Of a stretch of DNA of 64,000 bases, positions 18,291 through 26,833 are shown one piece after another. The stretch covers positions 513 through 64,512 of the forward strand of contig CAYHLZ010000002.1 of NCBI GenBank assembly GCA_964357635.1. Reading direction: 5' to 3'. Position 1 is the first letter of the stretch. Each line of letters begins with the position of its first letter. Both the position numbers and the translations under genes were made by a program. Origin of the DNA: an uncultured Candidatus Saccharibacteria bacterium. GTDB taxonomy: Bacteria > Patescibacteriota > Minisyncoccia > Phycocordibacterales > Zambryskibacteraceae. The notes under the pieces were generated by a model. The model had not been told where the DNA came from and searched no databases. It saw only the letters and a program-made list of their open reading frames with translations.

Positions 18291-19515
18291 GTGCCCAGAG
18301 AGTTAGGTCAATTTTGTTTATAAAGATTAAGTAATCTTCGTTTGGAGAAAGTTTTGGCTCTATTACATCGATGCTTCCTAGCTCTGTAGGTAGTTCTAGG
18401 AGAACCTGAGCAACACCAGTGTCAGTGTCAAAAGACCAAACTCTGTCATAAAAAACGCTTACTCCTTTGTACCAGTTATCTGGTTCGTTTATACCAATTT
18501 TGTTTGATGGCACACCACAGAAGACTAACGCTGTGTTTTTTGTACTCCACACACACTTATCGGCAAGGGTGGTAGCCGAAAGTTCATTAATATCATCAGC
18601 AGGAATGTTTTTTACAAACGACAAAGTTTCATTGTTGACGGCGTATGAATACAGCACCCGACTTCCTTGTGTATTAGACAGGGCTGTTAAAGCATTAAAT
18701 GGTCCAAGAATTTTTGTAAATGCCCCACTTGAGGTGTTTAACGAGTATGCATAACCAGGGACACTAAAGCTTGCTTTGGTGTGGACAACCAAGCTGTTGC
18801 CCGAAGTCATAAGACGCCAATTGGTGAAAGGTGAACTGAAAAGAGTTTTGAGACCAGAGCCATTAAACGCAGAAGAAACTATTGAGAGTGAATCTTCCAG
18901 AGAATAGATGAGGTTATCACCAGAGCCAACAGTCACAGAACCAATGTCTCCACGTATTGGAGTTGAGACAACCGTATAAAGCATGTCGGTTTCTGGCGAA
19001 CTTGTTGCTGTTGGTTTTGGTAGAGACAAAGCAAAAGACAAATTTTCTACCAAATCAGTGTCATCTTTAAGAAATCTTACAAGAACAGCCTTACCGTCCG
19101 TCCTAAAGTATGCCTCATAAATCTTCGGCAAGGTTTGGTTGGTAATCTTTGTTTTTTTAAGTGTCAGCAAATCAATCTCATAAATATGACCTGTTGCACG
19201 GTCCACATATCTTGCAACAGTGGTTGATGAATTTTTATTCAGAACCACTGCTCCAGCAACCGGAACATCAGAGAGCTGAAAAAATGTTTTCTCTGAAGAA
19301 TCCTCTTCATTTGAAACAGGTTCTTCGGTGGTTTCTGATGGATTTTCTGTTTCGGTTGTTGAAGAAGGAAGGTCGTCTCCAGAACCAAAGGGCAGAAGCC
19401 CAGAAACTGTTTCACTAAAAGGGGTACCAGAGCTTTTAAGAAACAGATATCCCCCAACTAGCACAGCAAGAAGCAGGATAGAGGTGATTATTATAATTAA
19501 AAACTTTTTTGACAT
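18271..19515 (-). CDS. Hypothetical membrane-anchored beta-rich protein (N-terminal TM, acidic S/T/E-rich linker, propeller-like repeats); last gene of the T4SS-like operon
   Basis: MSKKFLIIIITSILLLAVLVGGYLFL anchor; start overlaps the upstream pilin-like gene region; no recognised catalytic motif. Confidence 0.5.
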   Translation of the reverse strand: MSKKFLIIIITSILLLAVLVGGYLFLKSSGTPFSETVSGLLPFGSGDDLPSSTTETENPSETTEEPVSNEEDSSEKTFFQLSDVPVAGAVVLNKNSSTTVARYVDRATGHIYEIDLLTLKKTKITNQTLPKIYEAYFRTDGKAVLVRFLKDDTDLVENLSFALSLPKPTATSSPETDMLYTVVSTPIRGDIGSVTVGSGDNLIYSLEDSLSIVSSAFNGSGLKTLFSSPFTNWRLMTSGNSLVVHTKASFSVPGYAYSLNTSSGAFTKILGPFNALTALSNTQGSRVLYSYAVNNETLSFVKNIPADDINELSATTLADKCVWSTKNTALVFCGVPSNKIGINEPDNWYKGVSVFYDRVWSFDTDTGVAQVLLELPTELGSIDVIEPKLSPNEDYLIFINKIDLTLWALRLEEL

Positions 19516-19533
19516 AATATTAATTACTCAATT

Positions 19534-20397
19534 CTACGTTTGTGCATGCCAGTGGTTACCACGAGATGTTACCTCGTAAGTAAGTATTCCGATTCCTGGC
19601 ACCAACACCCTTGTTCCGTTTCTAGGACCAGATGCTTCTGAATTAAATTGTGATAAATAAGTATGAAGTGCTTGAGATTGGCGAAGGTCAATTGCTGCTC
19701 GACCGGGACCGTGTGTTTCGTGCCCACCTTCAGAGCCGCCAGTTATTGTTAAAGGGCAACCACAGAGGGTTGCCAACTGCATCACATGAAGAATGGTGGT
19801 TGGTGGTAGACCAACAACGTTTGTGCATCCTTCGGTTTCTCCGTTAACACAAGGACCATTATTTACCGACACGGGAGGTATGTTTTGCCCAAGCACCTGT
19901 CTAATTTGAGCATCTGCTGCCACTTGTTCTGGTGTCAGTGGGTATCCTGGGAGTACGTTACCACCACCTCCTCCAACAACAGGGGCGGGTGCGGTTGGTC
20001 GCGGGGCGCTAAAATTAAAATTCACCAAATCAGGATTAATGCTATTTAGAATAACCCAAGCACCTAATGCTAAAAGTAATCCGCCTATGGCATTTTGAAT
20101 AGTGTTTTTTGCCTCACTTTTTCCGGAAAAGGCGTCAGTGGACATATATTTAATACCACCGACAATTATCATAATAACAGCAAGCACTCCGGCGATGCCG
20201 ATAAGTAGAGAAAAGACGCCGGTGATGTATGGCACAGGACTCGTTCTTCCGCTTCCTTGGGTTGTTTCTGTCCCGGGCAAGGGTGCCAAAAGCTGATAAT
20301 CGGTTTGAGCAAATACTGGCGCGTTGTTAGCAAGTAAAACCAGAACGGCAAATACAAAAGCAATAAAAGCAAATTTTTTCATATTAGTTGTTTTCAT
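19534..20397 (-). CDS. VirB2/TrbC-like pilin-type protein fused to a Cys/His-rich C-terminal domain
   Basis: Signal peptide, then two hydrophobic helices separated by a short charged loop (pilin topology), then about 150 aa containing 'CGCP', 'GGHETHGPGRAAIDL' and 'NHWH'. Confidence 0.5.
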   Translation of the reverse strand: MKTTNMKKFAFIAFVFAVLVLLANNAPVFAQTDYQLLAPLPGTETTQGSGRTSPVPYITGVFSLLIGIAGVLAVIMIIVGGIKYMSTDAFSGKSEAKNTIQNAIGGLLLALGAWVILNSINPDLVNFNFSAPRPTAPAPVVGGGGGNVLPGYPLTPEQVAADAQIRQVLGQNIPPVSVNNGPCVNGETEGCTNVVGLPPTTILHVMQLATLCGCPLTITGGSEGGHETHGPGRAAIDLRQSQALHTYLSQFNSEASGPRNGTRVLVPGIGILTYEVTSRGNHWHAQT

Positions 20398-21094
20398 ATT
20401 GTATTAAGAAATTTTTATTGGCAAACTGCGTAACCTGGTACGTGTTTGATACACGCGCACGTATACTTGAAGCTCCTTTGGCATCATCGGGGGTGCGATA
20501 CGTTACCGAACTCCCCGTGTCTGTGCCCCCAACATTAGTGCCCCATTCGTACTTCAAAACATCGTCAGTGCGATCAAAAACACTAAAGAAAAAAGGAAAA
20601 GCCGTAAAAGTAACTTCTTTCCCCTCTAATTTATAGGTATTACCTACCTCTTTGTTGAATTTAAATCCATAAAGAGGATTGTTTTCATATATATAAAGAG
20701 AGGGCGTTAACGGGGTAATCTTAGTGGAGGCGCTTGCCAACACCGTTTTTTGACCATACTCGTCTGAAGAAGAAGAGATGATTTCTACCTTGATGGTTTG
20801 GGGTTTTGAAAGAATTGAGTCAAGAAAAGATATAGTATTTTTGCCAATCCCGTTTAAATTACCCAAAACTGTGCCAGTTTTTGTCCACTTATAGTTTAAG
20901 CTAGCTGGGTTACCGAGGCCGTGAGGTATTGCTACAAGAGTAATCCTAGACTGGCTTGACCACAGTGTCCTGCCTTTATAAAACGGAGGAACATAATTTT
21001 CTCCTTGCCAAAGAAGATCTACTTCTTGAGCCTTTAGAAAAGTTGTTGGCAGGATAAGTAGAGCAAGTACCAAAAGGAGAAAGGTTTTCTTCAT
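20384..21094 (-). CDS. Secreted hypothetical protein (signal peptide MKKTFLLLVLALLILPTTFLKA), beta-rich
   Basis: ORF within the T4SS-like operon; probable start at the internal Met at 21094, which precedes the signal peptide. Confidence 0.5.
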   Translation of the reverse strand: MKKTFLLLVLALLILPTTFLKAQEVDLLWQGENYVPPFYKGRTLWSSQSRITLVAIPHGLGNPASLNYKWTKTGTVLGNLNGIGKNTISFLDSILSKPQTIKVEIISSSSDEYGQKTVLASASTKITPLTPSLYIYENNPLYGFKFNKEVGNTYKLEGKEVTFTAFPFFFSVFDRTDDVLKYEWGTNVGGTDTGSSVTYRTPDDAKGASSIRARVSNTYQVTQFANKNFLIQYENN

Positions 21095-21135
21095 CCCCTT
21101 ATTATAACGAATCCTTTGGCAATTTTCTTTTGACA

Positions 21136-23007
21136 TTATTGACTTGTTGCTCCGGCCTCTTTTAACTCTCTTTGAGCTGCCTCCACGGCTGTTTCTTGGT
21201 TTTCTTCCGCTTCTTGTTTTGCCTTTTTAATAGCAAGCACTTGCGAGGGGTCGGAAGTGATAATCTGGTCTTCTGTATATGAAGCGATGTTTTTTATGGC
21301 AACGTGTTTTAGTCCAGCAAAAAAGATTCCTTCTCCCCTATCTGACTCCAGAAGCAAATATTTTTCCTCGTCTGTGAGATTAAAGGTTTTTTGAAGCTCG
21401 TCTATGATGGTGGGAGACTGCTTCATGAGAATCTGTATAGAAGAGTTGGTAATAATTGGCAAACCATAAGGACTCTTCAAGAAGTCGCCGACATCTTGCG
21501 TTATTGTCGCAACACCGAGGAAATATTTTCTTCCTCGCTTGACGAGTCCCATGAGGAAGGAAGCAGTGTCTTCCGATTTCATCATCCACCACGCCTCGTC
21601 TATAACCAAGAGACGTTTTTTGAGTTCTTTTCTGATAACGTTCCAAATATAGTGGGTAACAATGTACATGGCGATGGGCTTGAGTTCATCCTCCATGTCT
21701 CGCAGAGAGAAGACCACAAACTTTTTATTTATATCAACATTTGATGGTCTGTTGATAAATCCGGACCAAGTGCCTTTCGTATATTTGGAAAGTCTTTGAG
21801 CAAGAGATTCTCCACCCTCCATACCAGCAAGCACCATTTCAAAGTCAGACATTAAAGGAGGTTCAATATTACGAAAGTCTGAATCGGCAGTAATATCCTT
21901 GAGAGCGTATGTTTCAGTGATGGCGCGGTCAATAATAGCGTCTTCCTCAGCAGTTAAGCCACCCATCATTAGTCGGAAAAGACCGACTAGGTTAATAATA
22001 TTTGAGCGAAGCACGTTTGCCGTGCTCTCGTCTGGTCCAGGTATCGGTAGGTCAAAAGGATTTATATGGTGTTCTGAGTTAAGAGAGATTTTAAAATATC
22101 TACCACCTGTTGCTTCTGCCATGTACTCATACTCTCGCTCCGGATCTATCACGATCACTTCCGTGTCAAACATCAAGGTACGCAATATCTCAAGTTTTGT
22201 GGCATAAGATTTACCAGCACCAGACTTGGCAAACATAATTGAGTTGTAGTTTTCAAGAGAGAAGCGGTCAAAGAGCACCAAAGATGAGTTGTGCCTATTG
22301 ATACCATAAAGAATTCCCTTGTCTGAAGTTAGGTCAAAGGAGGTGAATGGGAAAAGAGAGGAAAGTGGAGAGGAGTTGAGCTTAGAATGCACCTCAAGAA
22401 GGTCGTTGCCAAGAGGAATGGTGCTTTTGTATCCCTGTTCTTGTTGGAAAAGAGCCGGTTTTACATAAATAAGTTTTGCTTCAAGAATAGATTTAATTTC
22501 TGACTCAACCTTATCTAACTCTGCGGCACTATCACCATAAATAGTGATATAAAGACCGACGTCAAAAAGTTTTTCCTGTGCTTGTTGAAGCTGGTCTCGC
22601 AGATTCTCAAGGTCTTGATAGGCAACGTCAAGCACTGGGTCACGCACCAACCCCTTTTCTTCTCTGCCGTGGATCTGACTTTGCACCTCGGCAACTTTTC
22701 TCTGGAACTGGCGCAACACCTTTGAAGTCTCAATAGGGTGAACAAAGATTGAGACATCAAAAACCTTGTCCATGTTAATAATGGGAGAAAACCAACCCTC
22801 GGAAAGAAAACGCGGATACGAAATAACAAAGAAACTTCTTAAAACCTTCTCACCAAGATTAATCTCCTTAGGTGTGACCTTGAGGGCCGATGGCGCAATA
22901 ATATCTTTGAGCTCCAGCACCCCTGCTTCAAAAATTTCTTTAGGCAAAATAGAAGAAATATCAGTCTTTGTTTCTTTTTTCTTAAATAATGAATCAAAAA
23001 TTGCCAT
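21136..23007 (-). CDS. VirB4/TrbE/CagE-family conjugation-type ATPase, C-terminal ATPase portion (split gene)
   Basis: Walker A 'FAKSGAGKSYATK', Walker B 'LLVIDEAWWM'; N-terminal 'IAPSALKV...SYPRFLSEGWF' matches the segment that follows the VirB4 N-domain. Confidence 0.8.
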   Translation of the reverse strand: MAIFDSLFKKKETKTDISSILPKEIFEAGVLELKDIIAPSALKVTPKEINLGEKVLRSFFVISYPRFLSEGWFSPIINMDKVFDVSIFVHPIETSKVLRQFQRKVAEVQSQIHGREEKGLVRDPVLDVAYQDLENLRDQLQQAQEKLFDVGLYITIYGDSAAELDKVESEIKSILEAKLIYVKPALFQQEQGYKSTIPLGNDLLEVHSKLNSSPLSSLFPFTSFDLTSDKGILYGINRHNSSLVLFDRFSLENYNSIMFAKSGAGKSYATKLEILRTLMFDTEVIVIDPEREYEYMAEATGGRYFKISLNSEHHINPFDLPIPGPDESTANVLRSNIINLVGLFRLMMGGLTAEEDAIIDRAITETYALKDITADSDFRNIEPPLMSDFEMVLAGMEGGESLAQRLSKYTKGTWSGFINRPSNVDINKKFVVFSLRDMEDELKPIAMYIVTHYIWNVIRKELKKRLLVIDEAWWMMKSEDTASFLMGLVKRGRKYFLGVATITQDVGDFLKSPYGLPIITNSSIQILMKQSPTIIDELQKTFNLTDEEKYLLLESDRGEGIFFAGLKHVAIKNIASYTEDQIITSDPSQVLAIKKAKQEAEENQETAVEAAQRELKEAGATSQ

Positions 23008-23008
23008 A

Positions 23009-23665
23009 TTAGGTTACTTTAATCGGCTTCTCTGTCTCGCCCGGGTTAAATGCTTTGTAGAAAAGCTCAATAACTTCTTCTGTACCAAGACGAACCACAC
23101 GAATGCCGGTTCGTATTAGTCCTTGCTCTACCACTGACAAACGTTCTTCAAGCTGGCTTCTGTCCTCGTCAAAACTTGCTTCAGTCTTACTGGATTTATC
23201 ATTATCGGTACCAAGTCCTAGACGTGAAGTAATGCCACTGGCAATACCTCCGCTTGACTGGCTGGTTGATAAAATGGCGGGACTATAAGGCACCACGATA
23301 AAGAAGTGTTTGGTCATAATGTTTGTGTTCTCGGTGAAGTTTTTGATGAATTCAATGTATTCTCTCACCTGAATCTTCATTAAATTGTTCGTCTGGTTTT
23401 TCTCTTGTCCCTCTAGAAGAGCGATGTAGGGGCGGATATCAAGTTTGCGAGATTGCACCACTATCTCAATAGAGAAATCAAGAGAATTTAGAAAATCTTG
23501 GAATTGGAAGAGAATTGCCTGCTTCTCATCTTCCGATTTTAGAGAAAAGTTTAAGGACGAGCAGAGAAGGATAGAGCGCATGCCTCCGTCTTTGAGGATG
23601 ACAGTACCGTCCCGCACCTCTTTGATGGGAACAAATTCTTGGGTAGCGTTTGTAGTAGGAGCCAT
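23009..23665 (-). CDS. VirB4-family N-terminal domain (CagE/TrbE/VirB-type) encoded as a separate ORF
   Basis: 'VPIKEVRDGTVILKDGGMRSILLCSSLNFSLKSEDEKQAILFQFQDFLNSLDFSIEIVVQSRKLD' and '...EEVIELFYKAFNP' match the VirB4 N-domain; stop TAA and next ATG form TAAtATG, a 1-nt gap in a different frame. Confidence 0.65.
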   Translation of the reverse strand: MAPTTNATQEFVPIKEVRDGTVILKDGGMRSILLCSSLNFSLKSEDEKQAILFQFQDFLNSLDFSIEIVVQSRKLDIRPYIALLEGQEKNQTNNLMKIQVREYIEFIKNFTENTNIMTKHFFIVVPYSPAILSTSQSSGGIASGITSRLGLGTDNDKSSKTEASFDEDRSQLEERLSVVEQGLIRTGIRVVRLGTEEVIELFYKAFNPGETEKPIKVT

Positions 23666-23672
23666 GCCTCAA

Positions 23673-24104
23673 TTATACCTTATCCTCGGTGTTTTCCGTT
23701 GTAGGATTAACGTTTTCTTTAATATCTAGGCTCCAACTAAGATCTCTAAGCTTTGATTCCGATAGTTTGGGTACATAGACTTGGTCTAAAGGTTTTGCAT
23801 CTCTTGGTCCGGCAACTGGCTTCTTCTCTTCCTTCTTCCAGAGATAGAGCTTGTTGGTCAAGGTGTATTTAACAAAAGCTTCTACTACGTTTATAAACGG
23901 TTTGCCGTTGATTTTGTAAAACGCCAATGCTCCAGCGAAGGCAAGTATGGGTAATGCAATTAAAATCGCTAAAAATTTTGGTAAAAGAATGAACAAAACG
24001 ACAGCAATACCAGCTCCACCAGCAACATAAATAAATTGCTTAAAGGTCATAGGGCCAAAAATCTTGTCTTCAATCTCTATAAATTGTGGTACTTGAAAGC
24101 GCAT
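23673..24104 (-). CDS. PrgI/VirB3-like small membrane protein
   Basis: 'MRFQVPQFIEIEDKIFGPMTFKQFIYVAGG' followed by two TM helices; sits just upstream of VirB4 as in Gram-positive T4SS. Confidence 0.55.
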   Translation of the reverse strand: MRFQVPQFIEIEDKIFGPMTFKQFIYVAGGAGIAVVLFILLPKFLAILIALPILAFAGALAFYKINGKPFINVVEAFVKYTLTNKLYLWKKEEKKPVAGPRDAKPLDQVYVPKLSESKLRDLSWSLDIKENVNPTTENTEDKV

Positions 24105-24113
24105 AAATTTATT

Positions 24114-24647
24114 TTACACTAACGGCTCTCTATACGGATCCTTTCCTTCTCCATATCTATAATCTGGCAAAGACGTCTTCGTTTCTTTTGGTTTCGGCGG
24201 TTCTCCGCCCGACTCCAGCCCGACAAAGTCATTCTGGCGGGGAACGACTTCAGTCGTTCGGGCGGGCTCTACATGTGGCACGCTGTGCGCCACCTCACCC
24301 TCTTCTACCATGGGCAGGTTATCACCAGAAACTTTTTTCTCCCCAATACTTTTTTCCACAATTGGACCAAGAATTTTCTCAGCGACAGAGTCTCCAATTT
24401 TGTTGGCTGTTTCTTGGGACACACTAACTGCCCGTATAATGTTTTGTACAAAATCATCCGGGTTCTCAAACGCATATAGAACAAACATAGTTTCCTGTTC
24501 AAGAGAAACTATTTGTTCGGGGTCTAAAGCATTACTTTTACCAATTTCCTCTACCAACGCTTTCCAAGGCAGGGCACTAATTGCCTGTTGCAGATTGGAG
24601 GGCAACTTATCAAACTGTTCTTTTATAAGTTTTTCTTCTTCGTTCAT
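24114..24647 (-). CDS. Hypothetical acidic cytoplasmic protein in the T4SS-like operon
   Basis: 177-aa ORF overlapping the upstream gene by 4 nt; no known motif. Confidence 0.45.
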   Translation of the reverse strand: MNEEEKLIKEQFDKLPSNLQQAISALPWKALVEEIGKSNALDPEQIVSLEQETMFVLYAFENPDDFVQNIIRAVSVSQETANKIGDSVAEKILGPIVEKSIGEKKVSGDNLPMVEEGEVAHSVPHVEPARTTEVVPRQNDFVGLESGGEPPKPKETKTSLPDYRYGEGKDPYREPLV

Positions 24648-26830
24648 GGTGTAGATGTTGTTCCTCCGGAAGGTGGTGGGGGTGTTGATGGTGGAGTTGC
24701 TTCTGGCGTTTCTTCTTCAGGCAAATCTCCTGATTCTTTGGCAACATCTTTATATGCCTCGATTAATTTGTCTTTTTTACTCTTTCCTGTTCTTATTCGA
24801 GCTGCCGCAGCATAGTTATAACCAGCAAGTTTTGCCCAAGGGGATCTTTCCACCATATCTGCATATTTACCTTTTCGTATTTCTGCCGCTGGTTGTATTT
24901 CCTTCAGGCTTTCTATTTGTTTGTCATAAGCAGCGGATATTATCTTTGTGTCTTCCTCTATTTTTTCTCTTGCCCTAATCGTCTCTTTCTTTAATGTCTT
25001 AAGTTTTTCTCTTTCAATGTCCAATTCTTTTAACTTTTCTGTTTTGACTCCAAAGTCAGCTGTTTCTAGTTCTCCTTCTAGTTTAGATATGGCATCAGAT
25101 GATGCTTTTTCTTTTGCTTCAGTCGCCCTCAATTGCTCTTTATTTTTTTCTTCCTTTTTCTTTATATCCGCCTGTTTGTTTGTTTCCGCTTCCTGTCTTT
25201 TTTTCTTTATCTCCTCTTTGTTACCCAACAGATTATCAAGTTTTTGTTTAGCCTGAAGCGCCTGTGGCGAAGTTTCTCCAAATTTTGTTTTTGCGTTATC
25301 ATATTCAGCTTTTGCCTTAGCCCTTGCTTTATCTGATGGGGCATATGATTCCGCCACCTTTGCTGCTTTTTCAGATTGTGCTTTTCTGTATCCAGAAAAA
25401 CCATCTTTAGTACCCTTGAACACTTTAGAATCAGCATCAAGAACACCTCCCAATCCGCCAGGAGCATTTCTTGCATCATAGCTTGCTGACCCACCCTTTC
25501 TTCCTGCCCAAAGAGCAAGTCTTGCACTTCGACTACCCTCAGCAGCTTTTCCTTTAAAGTACTCGCTTTCAGATACTGCGGTTGCTGCTCTACCAACCGT
25601 TTGTCTACCAGCAAACGCCGCTGTTCCGACAACAGCACCAGTCAAGAATTTGGTTGCGTTCGTTACATTTGAACCAGCCTTGTTTGCCCACGATTTGGCG
25701 ATACTAAGAGCAGCAAGGAGAAAGACAATCACAATCATAAAGTTCATAAACATAGCAAACGCTCCACTGGAAAGGGCAACTATCTCCTGCCCCCGCTCAC
25801 CTACAGCCGCAAGAGCGCCAAACTCGGTAACGGCACCTCCCGCCGAACCCAAAGAGGTCCTAATACCCCTTAGAACCTCAACCGCAATCCAAAGAATCAT
25901 AAAAAATATAGGGGCAAAAAACGCTTGCCCCACCAGAGTTTCTTTCCACTTATCTGCTGCTCCGCGTAGTGCCGGTAAAACAAAGGCAATAAAAGCTATA
26001 GGAGAAAGAATTAATACCAAAATTAAAACCACATAACGCACAATAAGCATGATTGCCATAGAGAAGAAGACAAAGGCGGAAATGACAAGCATGATAGAGC
26101 CCATCATAGTTATAGTGAGTATGGTTCCATTGCCGAGAGTGCCTCCGCTAAAGCTGTAAAGACTTTGCAAATTTAATTGTTGCATAAAAGCGTTTGAAAG
26201 ACCGCGTGATGACAGGGCGGTTGTGAGGTCAGTTAGAGTTCCGGAAGGTATGATTAGATCGTGGAAAAAGAGAGCCAATATATTGGCGGCATCAATGACC
26301 AGTTTGGTGAAGAAGAGACTGAAGTTTATAAGTATGGCAACGATGATGACGTTAACAATTAGTTTCTTGGTATCGCTTCCTACTCCCAAGATGGTTCGTA
26401 TCGCTGCATACAGGAGGATAAATATAAAACCCATGTTGGCGAGGTCACGGACGGCATCCCATGCATTATTTATGGCGGTTTCGTTAGCAGCATAGTTGTC
26501 AGACATGCTGATGACTGTGAAATAGACCACTGCATTTAAAACAACTCCGGCCAGGCCTGTCAAAAATCCCATAAACTGAAGGATTGACTCTGCCAAGGGA
26601 ATGACAACCCATGACATTATTTCGCACCCAAAATCAAACACCTCTGGACACAGTCCCTCCGATGATGCCCCTGACGGTTGGTCAGGTATACAACCGGGCT
26701 GAGGATCGACAGAGCACGGTGGTGGGGCTTGAGCCAATGTTGTTTGAGGAGCAATAAATCCACTTGTAGTAAAAACAATTACAAGAACGAAAAATAAAGC
26801 CGAAAATTTTTTCCAATACTTTTTCATCAA
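24644..26830 (-). CDS. VirB6/TrbL-like polytopic membrane protein with a long C-terminal K/E-rich coiled-coil and Pro-rich tail
   Basis: Signal peptide, Cys-rich extracellular segment (CSVDPQPGCIPD...CPEVFDFGCE), at least six TM helices, then about 250 aa of lysine/glutamate-rich repeats ending TPPSTPPPPSGGTTSTP. Confidence 0.55.
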   Translation of the reverse strand: MMKKYWKKFSALFFVLVIVFTTSGFIAPQTTLAQAPPPCSVDPQPGCIPDQPSGASSEGLCPEVFDFGCEIMSWVVIPLAESILQFMGFLTGLAGVVLNAVVYFTVISMSDNYAANETAINNAWDAVRDLANMGFIFILLYAAIRTILGVGSDTKKLIVNVIIVAILINFSLFFTKLVIDAANILALFFHDLIIPSGTLTDLTTALSSRGLSNAFMQQLNLQSLYSFSGGTLGNGTILTITMMGSIMLVISAFVFFSMAIMLIVRYVVLILVLILSPIAFIAFVLPALRGAADKWKETLVGQAFFAPIFFMILWIAVEVLRGIRTSLGSAGGAVTEFGALAAVGERGQEIVALSSGAFAMFMNFMIVIVFLLAALSIAKSWANKAGSNVTNATKFLTGAVVGTAAFAGRQTVGRAATAVSESEYFKGKAAEGSRSARLALWAGRKGGSASYDARNAPGGLGGVLDADSKVFKGTKDGFSGYRKAQSEKAAKVAESYAPSDKARAKAKAEYDNAKTKFGETSPQALQAKQKLDNLLGNKEEIKKKRQEAETNKQADIKKKEEKNKEQLRATEAKEKASSDAISKLEGELETADFGVKTEKLKELDIEREKLKTLKKETIRAREKIEEDTKIISAAYDKQIESLKEIQPAAEIRKGKYADMVERSPWAKLAGYNYAAAARIRTGKSKKDKLIEAYKDVAKESGDLPEEETPEATPPSTPPPPSGGTTSTP

Positions 26831-26833
26831 TAA

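Noticed and set aside
24588-25336. Several plus-strand ORFs (Phe/Leu-rich, 67-107 aa) antisense to the VirB6-like gene
   Set aside because: They lie entirely inside a long minus-strand gene whose K/E-rich codons (AAA/GAA) read as F/L-rich on the opposite strand. These are typical shadow ORFs.
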